Of a stretch of 60,819 bases of DNA, positions 12,911-26,089 are shown one piece after another. A program made the translations under genes and the position numbers. The stretch covers positions 1 through 60,819 of the forward strand of contig LWCA01000074.1 of assembly GCA_001642005.1 (NCBI GenBank), given 5' to 3'. This stretch comes from Intoshia linei. Its lineage: Eukaryota; Animalia; Orthonectida. The notes under the pieces are model-generated. The model had not been told where the DNA came from, did not search any database, and was given only the letters and a program-made list of their open reading frames with translations. Position 1 is the stretch's first letter; every line of letters starts with the position of its first letter.

Positions 12911-14511
12911 TCACAAAGTGACATCGTTTAACAACAGTTTAACTAATTCTGATAGAATCAGCGAAAATAATTGCAATTAATATAAATTACACTCTATTAA
13001 TTCATTCTTAGTATTAGCTATGTCTTGTTTAATTTCAATTTTAATATTTTGCAATTCATTTAAAATTTGTTGCACATCTTGTTTTCCTAATTTATAATTA
13101 GAATTTGGAGAATCAGATCTAAATAATGAAATTAACATACTAAAAAAATATTAAACTGATTATTTTTATAAGCAGGTCCTGTCCATGCATCACTATATTT
13201 CTTGACGTTTTCCCTGAAAAAAATTATAAATAAAGGTTTATATATAATTACATCGACGTATTTGCTTTATTATCGCTTATTGGTTTAGTTTTATTTAGAA
13301 AATGGGCACCGTTCGATTTAACTTCTTCCGTTGTAGTTTTGGGTAAATCTCCGGTGATAATGGAATTCTAAATAATAAATAAATAATTAAACGGGTCAAC
13401 CTGTTGTCTTTTTTTCAATTTCATTGCCATTTCATCCATAAAAGAATTTGTTTCTTTCGGTTGATCCTTAAAATATGACCATTATTTTAATTTAAAATAA
13501 AATAAAACATTAAACGTAATTTAAAATATTTTACAATGCTTTTTTGTTTCACTGGTTTTAATTTATTACCACCAGCGATGCTACTAGCAAAAGAGGAATT
13601 TTGGTTTTGATTAGCTTTTATACCAACTTTCACTTGAGGAGGACCTGCTACTGGCGGTGGGGCGTTTACCTGGGGCGCAGATATTGGAGTAGGATTTGAT
13701 GCGACTTCAATATTACTTGGGATAAAAGATTTAGAAACAAGAGGTTGAGGTAGACTTGATTTAACCTCATTTTCTTGTTTTTGAATTAGACTTGATTTCA
13801 AGACTAAAAAATTACACACTGAAAAATATGAAACATACCACTTGATCTCTCTTCATTCTTATTACGAGCCATGCTAAGAAATTGGTAAAGTTCATGTCAA
13901 TTAAATATTACCTGCTAGTTACATTATTTTGTAAATTTGATAAGGTCGCTTTTACTTCTTTATAAAATGTAGCCGATTCCTTCTCATTTGTAAACAGAAA
14001 ACCGTATACATTTTCCATGGAATGTGCGTAGTGAATAAAAACTGGAGTTGCCTGACTGCATTTATCAGATCTAGACATTTCAATTTCAAATGAAATCTAA
14101 ATATTAGCATGCTTTAATTATTTAGTTACAACCCAGGAGTAGGGATTGCCCTAATTGGTTATAAATTTAAAAAAGTTGCTGAATGACGATATTTAAATAA
14201 TTGGCTAAAAATAGTTTAGTGACATGAAATATGCAAAAATTTGAGATAAGATGAACTAAAAATTTACCTCATTTTCATTTTTTTTAATACCATAAATTAT
14301 GTAGTTTTCTTTTTGCGTGGAATAAACTAATCTAACGCACCATACATTTGAAGCACACGTAGATTTGGTAACTTTAATACCACTGCCGTAAACTTCCCAC
14401 GATTTGTTGGCATACAAGGTAATTGTACCAGTAGTTTCCTGATATAATCGTTCGTTATCTCTAGACAATATAGAATGTATAATCTTGTCAATACCTGACT
14501 TGTGACGTCAT
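12911..14511 (-). CDS. ena: Ena/VASP family actin regulator (multi-exon; 3' end uncertain)
   Basis: EVH1 (TITLYANKSWEVY...SQATPVFIHY...VYGFLFTNEKESATF), Pro-rich linker (APPPVAGPP), G-actin-binding-like SFASSIAGGNKLKPV, F-actin-binding-like SFMDEMAMKLKKRQQ, and C-terminal coiled coil QILNELQNIKIEIKQDIANTKNELIE. First exons 14511-14495, 14460-14268, then from 14096. Confidence 0.85.
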
Positions 14512-14766
14512 TTTTTATCTAAAGATATATTAAGTCAAAGTGGTTATTTTGTTTTCAAAATAATAAATAAAACAAAGTAAACAATTATAATTAATAATTC
14601 TCATTAAAACATACCAATTGCCTATGCAGTATTGTAAATATGAAAATAAAGTCAATTTCAATAAATTGTAAATAAGAGATAAGCAACCAACATTTGTTGT
14701 TTTGAGGTTTATATGGATATGATATAAAATATCAAAATATATATTTTATTCATCCATTTATTTACA

Positions 14767-16796
14767 ATGGGTAGCTCAGTATTTGATATTTCCGACTATT
14801 TAAATGAGAAAGTTGTTAGTGACTTGAGGCGTACATTTTCTACCGTCAATATTCGTTTTTTGGAAAAAGGAGACTATCATAAAGGCAAAGCTATATCATT
14901 TAAATGTATTATTATATAGGTTTTTATGAACTACTCTCTCAATTAACGCATGCCAAAAAAAAAAGCTTTAAGGAATTTTCGGGTTCATTTATGCCACATT
15001 CATTTTTTTATTAATTGTAGATCGTTTTGACGAAATATTTAAGACGGGAGATAATTTTATATGTATAATTGAAATTGAAAAAAAAATTGTTGCTACAGCT
15101 TCTTTGCTTATCGAGTATAAATTTACTAGAGATCACAAACTGGTAATTTTTTATTTGATATATTTACAGTCGTACTCCTCTATAATGGACTCTCATCATA
15201 ACCAACTTAATAAAATAAAAAAATATTTTTTAGCGTTTCTTCGTTGCCCAATATGGTTATTTTATTTTAACTCTATTTTCTAATAAATTTTATTTTTTAT
15301 ACATTTAAAAAGTGGCTGAATGAATTTATATCCTTACTTATATTAAGTAATTTGCATTCTATATAAAATATTTGTTAAAAATGAAGATCTGTTTATTTAT
15401 TTGTCTGTAAAAGACAGACACACAGACATTCATTTTTATATAAGTAAAGTATTTAATTAAAAATGTATACTCGTTTGTTTCAGTTTATTTAAGAAAGTAA
15501 AAGGAGTCTACATAGTTTTTCACTCTAGTTTTAAAAATTCCATATTTCTATTCTAGTTTTTCGAGGATGATGTTTTATCGCAAATTTCATTTTCATAATT
15601 TGATTTATTCAAGATCAAAAACCCTAATTATCCTTTTTTTAAAATTCAAATGAGTCCTAGAATTTTAAAAAATACACAATCTCATAAAGATTTTAAAATT
15701 ATCAACATTATGATAAATTTCAATTTCAAAATATTATATCTTCACGGCCAAAATACCATATTACCTTTTTTTTAAAAAATAAAAATAGTCCTAGAATTTT
15801 AACAAAAATGACAGTTGATAGTTATATCCTGTTAAAACACACAAAAAATGTCAATCTAATAAAGTGACGCCTTCGTGATTAAAAAAATCACCTTATTATT
15901 GATTTTTTTCGAAACTATTTTATTAAAACAAAAAATGTGAAATAATAAACTGTCCTGCAATTAAAAAAAAATTCATCAACGCAATAAAGTAATAATTATC
16001 TACATGTATTTCTTTCTTTGATTAGCGTGTTTTTTCAACTTATTAGTCGTCCACTATCGTTTTGCTCGTCGGTATACTAATTTTTTTGTTCGCTATGGGG
16101 GAATACGACTGTATATATAAATTACTTTTTAATTTCTGTTTAGAGAGGTAGATTGGAAGATATAGTTGTAGATGTTAAATATAGACAGAATGGATTTGCT
16201 TCCATGTAATTATATTAACATTTATTGTAAAATACATTTTTGAAAAATTTATAAAAATATACAATTCTCAATAGATATTTGTCCCTAAAGACTTTTTATT
16301 TGATAAAAATTTTGTACATATAATTCAAGATTATTTGATTATATCGAAGTTAAGTATAACAACAATTTTAATTTTAATAATTTTTAAACCCCTTTTATAC
16401 TGTCCCGTAAATTACGAGCCGGAATATTAACAAATTAAAAGTAAGTAAATTTACATGATACCATATTTAGGAACACTGATTTGAAAAATTATATCTTTTG
16501 AGAACCTCGACTCACCTAGTTAAATATTTAGCATAAATTTGTTTTTGGTATGCAATTTTTTCAAAAATTCACAATTTGAAATAATATTGTTTATTTCATT
16601 ACATTTTAGTTTAATTAATATTCTTAATAAAATTGGAGAAAATTTAAATTGCTACAAACTATCATTAGATTGTTTTGATAAATACAAAAAATGTTACCAA
16701 AATTTTGGGTATACATGTGAAGATGGGGTAATAACAATGATAAAAAGAATTGGACCTCAGTCTAACGATGATGTTAATTTACAAAAAGATTATTAA
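14767..16796 (+). CDS. GNPNAT1: Glucosamine-6-phosphate N-acetyltransferase; exons 14767-14884, 14920-14982, 15021-15142, 16144-16205, 16610-16796
   Basis: Spliced protein has IRFLEKGDYHKGFYELLSQLT, IVATASLLIEYKF, RGRLEDIVVDVKYRQNGFA and NCYKLSLDC...YQNFGY, the GNA1 GNAT motifs. Confidence 0.92.
15167..16111. mobile_element. TA-flanked pogo/Tigger-like MITE in GNPNAT1 intron 3
   Basis: TIR CAGTCGTACTCCTCTATA / CAGTCGTATTCCCCCATA with TA on both sides; hosts a Helitron copy. Confidence 0.7.
15331..15965 (+). mobile_element. Non-autonomous Helitron copy (3' truncated)
   Basis: A|TCCTTACTTATA start; body similar to other copies (atcttcacggccaaaa, aaagtgacgccttc). Confidence 0.7.
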
Positions 16797-16890
16797 ATTT
16801 TACCTACACATGGTCCATTATTAATAAATACATATTTATATTTTATTTATGTTTAAACATTGTTTATATTGGAGAAAATTTTATTACTTG

Positions 16891-17647
16891 CAGTGGCGTA
16901 GCCTGACTTCTCAAAGGGTGTGCGGACAATAATTCCATGGCAATATAATTTATTTAAATTATAATTAGTGAATGATTAGAAATGATTCATTACTAACTAA
17001 ATAACGCATAATAAGAAAACGTGTGCGGTAAATTTTAAATGATAACTTGATATCATTTTTACAATAATCATTTCCATATTATGGATGTTATCCATAACGT
17101 AAATGTTAAAATTAATTCATATAATAATATGAAATTGTGTACGGTAAATTTTTAGCACACATTGAGAAAATTTTTACTGTATAAATATCTTTCCAAAACA
17201 TCTTAACAATGTAAATCAGTGGTTCCCACCAGTAGCGGATCTAGTTGGGTGGCTTGACAAATTTTCCCCTAAAATATTTTAATTTGTATATTAAAATTGT
17301 GTAAAATTAAAAAAATTTTTCTAGTACCCATTAAATTAAATTAAATTGCGTTTATTGAATTATCCTTGTTATCATTATATGTAAATTAATTTAATGCATT
17401 ATCAGTTTCAGTTAAATTATCGGACTTAAAGTTATTGATAATCGAAAGAGAATTTGCCAAAAATGTCGATTTAGATACATTTGTTGAAGAATTTATCATA
17501 ATGAAAACTAGAAAAAAAATATAAATTATTAAATATAGAAATATATTAATAAACATAATATAAACATTCAAATTTTAATAATTTATATGAGTTTGGTCCC
17601 CTAATAATTATTTCGTTTCCTGGCTGAAAATCCTAGATATGCAACTG
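16891..17647 (+). mobile_element. hAT (Tip100/Blackjack-like) deleted element
   Basis: Ends CAGTGGCGTAGC... and ...GATATGCAACTG. Internal LSDLKLLIIEREFAKNVDLDTFVEEF..MKTRK resembles the hAT C-terminal dimerisation tail. Confidence 0.6.
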
Positions 17648-20600
17648 GTTCCTACACTTATTTTGTATATTGCCCAATTTTTCATTATTATTCTGTTTGC
17701 GCCTCTCAAATAAAAGATTTATAGAAAAATAAAAGATAAAGAAAGATGGAGCTGTAACTTTTTCCCAGTTTTTCCCAGTTTATATTTTTTTCGTATCAAA
17801 AATGAAATTCTAAACACAATCTCTGAATCAAATTAATTTGGTTTATAATTAAATAATTGAATTTTAAATATTATTTTGATATATAATAGATAATTCCACA
17901 TACCTTGCAAATCAATAAATAAGTATTATTATAATAATTATCTAATGAGTTGCATTTTGGCTTTATTACTCATTAAAATTCATAAATGGTGACTTGACGA
18001 AAAACATGTCAAATTCAACACACGGGAAAAGGTATCAAGGTAATTTTAAAATTATAAATCTGAATCGATTATAATTTACATTAGTTGAATTTCATTGAAA
18101 TTATTTCAATGAGGAAATTGTCCACGTTTAATTTAAAATATATAAAAATATTATAATATACTAGTATTATAGTGTATTTACCCACCTTCAATTTATTTGT
18201 ATATTAATAGTAATCCTTAAGTATAAGTTATTAATGATTATTGATCTTTGGGTGATTACACTCTAATATATTTACCAACTATCAATTACAAAAAATTAAT
18301 AATTGTAATTAATAATTGATTGGCAGATTCAACAGTCATGTACATTAAATATAACTAAATTCCATTTCTAGACTATTTAACATAAGGTACATGACTAAAA
18401 ACGTATGTTTTGTAATGGGCTATAATAAACATGCTAAATTATAATCAATACGATCGATCAATAAAGAGTGTTCCATTATATTAATGTTATAAACGATAAA
18501 TATGCACATTTTAACACAATTTAAAATAAAGTAAAATTTCTAGACAATCTTGATAATATTTGGATAATATAATAGATAATAGAATATTGTTTAAATAGGT
18601 ATCTCTTTATTTACCACACGCGAATATTAGTTAATGCATTTCCATTTTGTGTATTTTAATACTAACCATCAAATTCAAAATCTGATAATTTAAATTTAAT
18701 TAATGCAATATTAGACAAATGTATGAAATGTGTAAGGAAACCTTCAAGATAGACATTTTAAAAATCGATTCAAATTAACAAGTATTAGTCACGTGTTGTA
18801 CTGTTTTCCCTTTAGTGATGCTAGCACACCAATAACAACTTTAATTACCGACAAATAAAACAATTACGTATAGATATTTTTTATATCTAATAAATTCAAA
18901 ATAATCAAATATATATATATAATTGATTTTACTTCAATCAACTTGTGTGCAAAGCTATGCACTTTAAGCAACATTGTTGACACTTTGAATTATAGAACCA
19001 CCTTGTAATTTTACAGGAGTTCACACATTTGTATTCCATTTCTAATATAAAGTGTCGACATATGGAATATTGTTTTTGGGTAGTTATTAAGAAATTAATA
19101 TAATTTATTTTTTAGAATATACTAGTGATGGTGGTACTCTACACCAAAAGTTTTATTATTACAGACAGACCATCGTGTAATATTAATTTTAATTATATTT
19201 TCAATTGATTTACCCAGCTAATAATTAATTATTCTAAAAAACTGTTCAATTGGTAACCTTACTTTTAAAGTATAGTTTTGTATTGTAAAGTATTGTCGAA
19301 ACTAATACATGTAATGTATTTAAGAGGGTAAAAGATGTAATATTCATAAAAATAATATTTATCCCAACCGTAATATAATTTCATTAGCTCTAAGAAATAT
19401 TTTGTGTTTTTCATGTATCGATAATGTTTTTGCAGCGTCACCCTTGCAAGTCTAAACATTTTTTACATCATTAGAAAAAATTTTCAATGAAAAATTATTT
19501 TGAAATTATTTACGTAAAATTTCAGAACTGATCAAACCACACTAAATCCACAAAATCAAAATTAAACCCGAAAATTATCCCAAACATTTCATTATGCAAT
19601 ATAAAACCTAGCCAGATTTCTACGGTTCTTGTCTGACACGAAAAAATATGGTGTTGAAAATATTTACAGTGTTAATAATTTTTTAAATTTGGAATTTTAA
19701 AAAATGAAGTCTATATTTACAACAATTTGGGGAGATTATACGAGGGTCTCATCTATGGCAGTTTCGGTTGTTTAAGTTTTAATGTGCAACGTTACACCAC
19801 AAATATCGACCCGTGGTCCAAAAAATACAAAAAGTCAACAGTTTGGCATATTTTTAAGTACATTGTAACATATTAAATTATAATTTAATTTTAGAATATT
19901 ATTAACATAAATTATGTATTATGTCTACTGAAATTAATTTTTTCATAGTATTTCGATAAAATTTTCATTGTTCATAGGATTCAGATGTTTTTTGTGCTAT
20001 GCGTTTTATTTAAACTTTTTCCACCATGGACCACATAATTTTTTAAAAAAATCGCTTTAATTTTGAACACGTTACTGAGAAAATCTTATAAATATACAAA
20101 TCCTATAATTATAATAATCAGACATAATTTTTAAATATAATAAATATACCAAGAGTTAAAAACCGACTTCCAGTTTTGATTCAAATCTTAATTCGAAGAA
20201 ACAGAAGCGTTCTCATTAAAAATTTGTTTTTATTTATTTTGCAGTTTAAATCAACGCTTCTGAACCTCCGGTCCGCTAAAATAGATATAAAAATAATATT
20301 GATATTTCCTCGAAAAAAATGAGAAATGTCGATAAATCAACCGTTGAGGATTCCTTAATTTTAAAATCTAATTTAGACTAAAATTTAGTTCCACACATTT
20401 TGTTTGAAAAATTTTGACTAATAGTATTTTTACAGACCATTTACCCATTCTGAACTTATTTTTTCATCAATATCTTATCCTAACCTTATAAATTAACTAC
20501 AATTAATAAGAATAAATATAATTTGGAAATTATAGAATTGTACTTTTGAAATTTTGTCGAGATTTGTGTTTCCTAATCTTTGCACTGCAGTGGACTGGTC

Positions 20601-21609
20601 AGTATAATTTTCTTAAATTTACACAGAATTTGAATAAAATTTTTAAAATATATCTAAAATAACATAAATGCTTCGAATAAACACGAAATAGCGGTTTACT
20701 ACAATTAAAAACTATAATGTTACGATTGAATTTATCTACCACCTTTTACCAATCCGTTAAAATATTTTTGCATATTCTATGGTCATTAAAAGTGAAAAGA
20801 TTAGTAAAGGAATTGTATATTTTGTAAATATATTTTGGTATAGGGCTGTGGAGACCCAATATGAGGTCCAGATTATATAGAAATTGTAAGTTTTTAAAAA
20901 AAATATAAAATAAATTGGGTTCCTTTATCCATTGCATTATTGCACGGGCAACAAGGTCTTGATACACTTTTTAATGAAAGTTGACATTCTGAAACATTAA
21001 AATTCTCAATGTGTAAAATAAATATTTACCAGTTCTAATTTGGTTTTGAATTTTATTCTTAATAAAATAAATAAGCAAATAAAATATTCACTCACATAAT
21101 TATATAAGACTATAATTCAAAGTCTACATTGCCAATGCCGGGCCCACCGTACCCCATACTTTATTTAGAGGAGCCTCAATTAATTTTTGTAGATTTTGTG
21201 AAATTTTGTGGAAATCTGGGCTACATTTTTTTATATTATATTTATTTGTATAATTTTGTGTATTAAAATTAATATGTTAACTCAAGGCCCTTGGATATGT
21301 GACTAGAGACTATATGACACTATGTCACGTTAGCGAAAAACAATTTAGGGGTCTATTTTGATTTTCGGGACTGGTGGTTTCGTCTCTGTACAATGCCATA
21401 ATTTTTTTTTTTTATTTTTTTTTTCATTGTTTGTATTCAATAGGTAGGACAAAGGTTTGAACTTTTTTTAATGACATTTTGTAACTATTTTTAATGTGAA
21501 CATAATTATAATTTCTCATATTATCAAAAAAAAAAATTTTTGTAAAAATACAATAAATGTATATGAAAACTATTAATATATATATAATTGATAAATTGGA
21601 TTAGATTAT

Positions 21610-22073
21610 ATGGACGATGTTCGAAAGTGTAATATATTAATATATTTGAATGCAACAAAGACCACGTCATTTGTGTTGGGAGCTGAAAACAGCGAAAAAA
21701 TCAAAAAAACCCAAATAAAACCATATGATTGCCTCGTTAGATTCAATTTTTATCAAATAAACTACATATTTACATTTTCCCCGATTAGTTGGTATTGTAA
21801 TATGGACCAGGCCCTAAAAGCAACACACGAAGAATTACCATATCTCGATATACTGGAAGGCTGTCACGAATCGTACATAACAAGACTGGTAATTATACGA
21901 ATCAAATTTTATTAATTTTATAATTTTTTAACGATAATTATAGGATCGATGGAATTGTTCAAATAATATTGTTTTGAAAGGGGAAAGTAATTTGAATTGT
22001 GTAACGTTCATTATTGAACGAGGTTCCGGTTTAGTTGATTTTGATTTTGAAATCCTCATTAAAACAAAAAAAG
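21610..22073 (+). CDS. Putative multi-exon gene of unknown function (partial model)
   Basis: GC-richer blocks bounded by AG/GT: WYCNMDQALKATHEELPYLDILEGCHESYITRL joined in phase 0 to DRWNCSNNIVLKGESNLNCVTFIIERGSGLVDFDFEILIKTKK; no recognised domain. Confidence 0.4.
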
Positions 22074-22919
22074 GTATTTTAAAGTAAATTTTATGTATAT
22101 TATTTACTGAAAAAAAGTATAATTAAAGTAACCAATATATTGATTAATACATGTATATTATTTAGTTAAACGTAATGTGATAAAATTTAGTTTATAAATG
22201 TCAGACTTGTCAATAACGTATTGGAAATTTAAAAATTTTTATTTTAAGATTTAGTTTAAACATTTTAAAGCCATTACTTTAATAATTATTATAATTAAAC
22301 GTGATTTTAAAATATAATTTTGTATTGGACGTTTTTAATACATTTGTAAATTATATTATATTATTTACATTATACAATTACATAATAATATTTTATTTTT
22401 TCAAAATTCATTATCAATTTGCATATATTAATAGTATAAATTCAATATTTATTTAACATATTCATAACATTGTAAATGTATTATTTTAAATTCCTTTGGG
22501 TACTTTGTGTCATGCATAAGTCGAAGTTGTCTGAAAAATGTTTATAGAAATGAGATAAGTAAATATGTGAATTAATAAATACAAATCTGGTTAGAATAAG
22601 TTGTTTTATGCAATTTATATTCAACATGTCTGTTTTTTACAATTGTTACAACTGGCTTAATATTATTCGAAAAACTGTGAAGGTGTGTGAAAATTTTTAA
22701 CTCCTTGGTGAAATTATGCAGCCTCATATTTTAAAACAGTTAAAAAAAATTTCAAAGTCCGAATAATTTTTATTAAATTCGTAAATATTTTTTACTTTTA
22801 TATTTTTATTTAATTTTTTCTTAAATTTAAAGTTTTGCATTGTAAAACTTACCGTACGAAGAGATACTCTTCACGGGATCCACAAAATTTGGTTAAAATG
22901 AATACCTAATTTTTTTATA

Positions 22920-23568
22920 TCATTGCGTATGTATGTCTTTGTGTCTGTCTGTCTGTTCCAGTTTATTTGAGAAAGTAAGAGTGGTCAAATTTTAATAAAA
23001 TTCTATATTTCTATTACAGTTTTTCGAGCGTGTTGTTTTATCAAATTTCATTTTCAGCAATTGAGTGCTTCAAGGTCAAAAACCAGAATTATTAAAAATA
23101 CATTATCTGATTAAGATTATTAAATCATCAACATTATGATAATTTTCAAATTAAAAATCTTATATCTTCACGACTATAACGACAAATTACCATTTTTTGT
23201 AAAAATAAAAAAAGTCCTAAAATTTTATACAACATAAATTCTGGGATAGTTTTTGAAATCATAAGCATTATCATAAATGGCAACCTAAAAAAATTTTATT
23301 TTCATGATTAAAAACCCAGATTACCCTTTTTAAATAATTAAAACAGCGCTAGAATTGAAAAAATTTCAATCTGACAAAGTGACGCCTTCACGGTCGCAAA
23401 AGCACTTTATTAAATAAATTAAAAATATTCAGTTTTTTTATTTCGAAACAATTTTCTTAAAACAAAAAATTTGAAATAATGAACGGTACTACAATTAAAA
23501 AACATAAAGATTCTTATGATACAGCTTATTTTGGTTGACATAAATACAGTATATAACAGTCAACCTAG
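22920..23568 (+). mobile_element. Non-autonomous Helitron copy
   Basis: gtgtctgtctgtctgt near the 5' end; ends aacagtcaacCTAG|T. Confidence 0.75.
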
Positions 23569-23644
23569 TTGAGTATACTAAAAATTCTTGAAATCATAAG
23601 TTGAGATTCCCAACTATTTTGTGTAATTTAAATAATGTCTAGAG

Positions 23645-24576
23645 CAGGGGTGCACAACGTGCGGCCGTGGGCAATACATTTGATCATAATGCAATATATC
23701 ATTTTACTTCAAATTGAAAAGTTAAAATGAGATTTTATTCAAGGTCTATTTAAAATATTTTAGTCAAAAAGTTACATTTTTAACTTTGTCCCAGTTTCTC
23801 AAATGTTAGCGAAGGGCACACAATTTCAAGGTAGTCACTAATATCTTTTTTTATGTCATTATTAATATTTACATATTTTTTTTATGTCTTCCACTCTAAT
23901 GTATCAACAAATCGGTTTTTAATGTAACTTTTTTCTGTTGTCCAATTATTATTAATTATTTACCAAAAAATATTAGTAAAAGGAGATTTTTCAAATTTTT
24001 TTTAAATAAGGTTTTTTCTTATCGAATCAGTCAGAAGAATTATTAATCTAAAAAATTGGTAAATCGGGATTTTTCATAAAAATATTGCTAAAAGCGATTT
24101 TTTTCCTTAAGAGTTGATAAAATTTTGTTTTTTCTTTTGGAATCAGATGGGGTAGTTTTTATTATAAAACTTTGGTAAAAATGGATTCTTAAAAAAAATA
24201 CTGATAAAAAGGGATTTATTCCTTAAGCGTTGGTAAAATTTTGATTTTTTTCTCATAAGATTATATTAAATTGGATGATTTAATGAACTATGTTGAAAAT
24301 TGTAGATTCGACTACAATCATCTAAATTTTCGTATTCACTTTTTGGGGTGACCAGTCACTCAGATAAATGACCAATATGGTGTTAATTTATATGAGTGAA
24401 TTAAGGATTAATTTTAATTGAAAATTATTAATTAAAACTTGCTAATATTAAAATTTAAAGAAAACTATTTTATTAGACCTAAAATTTCTCAATCTCCAAG
24501 TAAATTTTGTGCGGTCGTAGTATCAATGAGAAAAGTAGCATTGTGGCTGAATTGGTGGAAAGGTTGTGAACCCCTA
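23645..24576. mobile_element. Non-autonomous hAT (Charlie-type) element
   Basis: TIR CAGGGGTGCACAAC / TAGGGGTTCACAAC; perfect 8-bp TSD GTCTAGAG (23637-23644, 24577-24584); internal degenerate ttggtaaaa..ggattt repeats. Confidence 0.88.
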
Positions 24577-24836
24577 GTCTAGAGTCTTGGATAGATGGAT
24601 AGGGCTATATGACAATAAAAATCGTTTGCAAAATTATTTTTGTGGCCTATCTTTCATTTTGGATGATCTCGAGCTTGGTAGGCTCGGCTTCGTTTGCAAC
24701 TATTTAAAAAATTATATTTGGAAACGTCGCCCGGTAAAGTAGCTAGTAGTTATTGTTTACGGTCATGTAAAAAAAATAAAAGCTAGTCACACATGATGTA
24801 TAACTTTGATTTAATAATTTAGTCATAAAGAATCAA

Positions 24837-25363
24837 ATGATAATTGCTACATCAGTTTTGGGATCTATATCTATCTTTGTTATAATTGTCATAATTATAA
24901 AAGTATGTAGTATAAACATTTGCTTTAAAAGAGTACCCACACTAATGGGTTCATCGGACATTTATGATGAAAAACCGCAAGAAATAACAATGTTAACTGT
25001 AAAAACAGACAGTGAACTATTAAATGAATCGGAAAATGTGTATTCACCAACAATGGATGCTTTAGTTAAACATAATGGAAATACAAACAAAAAATCTAAA
25101 TCAAATACAAAAAAGAAGACTAAATCAATAGAATCTGATGGCACTAAATCAAAAACAGATTCATCTAAAAATGATACATTTTCTCAAGAAATAATTGATG
25201 AAATAAATTCGTTAAAAACCACAAATGACAATATTAAAAAAAAAAGATCTTCGTCATATTCCATATCAGGAAAACAAATTGTATCACCATCCAAAAGTAT
25301 ATTATTAAGAGGTAAATATACAAAAATATTCATTTTTAATATAATATTTTAGATAAAACTTGA
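24837..25363 (+). CDS. Orphan single-pass membrane protein with Lys/Ser-rich tail; exons 24837-25311, 25353-25363
   Basis: N-terminal hydrophobic helix VLGSISIFVIIVIIIKVC followed by a long polar ORF; 41-nt GT-AG intron just before the stop. Confidence 0.65.
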
Positions 25364-25422
25364 TTGTGACTGTGCAAATAAACTTTAATATACATTGTAT
25401 TATTTACATTGTTTTTATTAAC

Positions 25423-25803
25423 ATGATTCTTAAAATATTGGGTATATTTTTTGTTTTTTTTGTCATTATCCAAACGCAAGCTTCTTTAGACATTTATTTT
25501 ATACAGCAAAACAATATAAATTATGTATACTCTATAACAACATTTGTTTCTTATTACATAGCCAGTCTAGTATACTATGGAATCGATTTAGATGCTTATG
25601 GTATTATAAAAGTTTTCAACGTGTACGGTCAAATTGCAGTAAAATTATGTTTCATAACATTAGCGGCTCTTATTTACACATTTCTCGTTTATAATTTCAA
25701 TCGATTAGTAGAATTATTTGTTGAAAAATATGAATTGCCAGTTTCATCTATCTATTTTGTTAAAGGAAAACCACAAATTAGAATTAAACACCAAAAAACG
25801 TGA
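25423..25803 (+). CDS. Orphan small multi-pass membrane protein
   Basis: ATG at 25423; signal-like MILKILGIFFVFFVIIQTQAS plus two further hydrophobic segments; 126-aa open frame in very AT-rich DNA. Confidence 0.55.
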   Translation: MILKILGIFFVFFVIIQTQASLDIYFIQQNNINYVYSITTFVSYYIASLVYYGIDLDAYGIIKVFNVYGQIAVKLCFITLAALIYTFLVYNFNRLVELFVEKYELPVSSIYFVKGKPQIRIKHQKT

Positions 25804-26089
25804 GATTAATAATTTAATTATAATGTTATTAAAAATCAATAATTGAAAATTTATTTAAAATTTAGCAAGAAAGGAAAAGTTCAAATTTTAATGGGAACAC
25901 TTTGATTGAAATTAATTTAACAAGAAATGTATATATTTTAATGTTTTAATTAAAATTGCATTTTCAAATTGTTTATTGAATGGTAACGGCTGCATATATC
26001 GCAAAAATGTGACCTAAATGTTTTTGTAAATATTAATGCAAGTATTCAATTAATAATGAATATTCAACAAATTATGAAAGTTTTTTGTT

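Noticed and set aside
15328-15340. ATATCCTT resembling a U12 (AT-AC) 5' splice site; also at 39536
   Set aside because: These are Helitron 5' ends (A|TCCTT...), not adjacent to exons.
23960-24260. Spaced ttggtaaaa/ggattt repeats as a CRISPR-like array
   Set aside because: Degenerate and irregular, inside a hAT element, in eukaryotic context with no cas genes.
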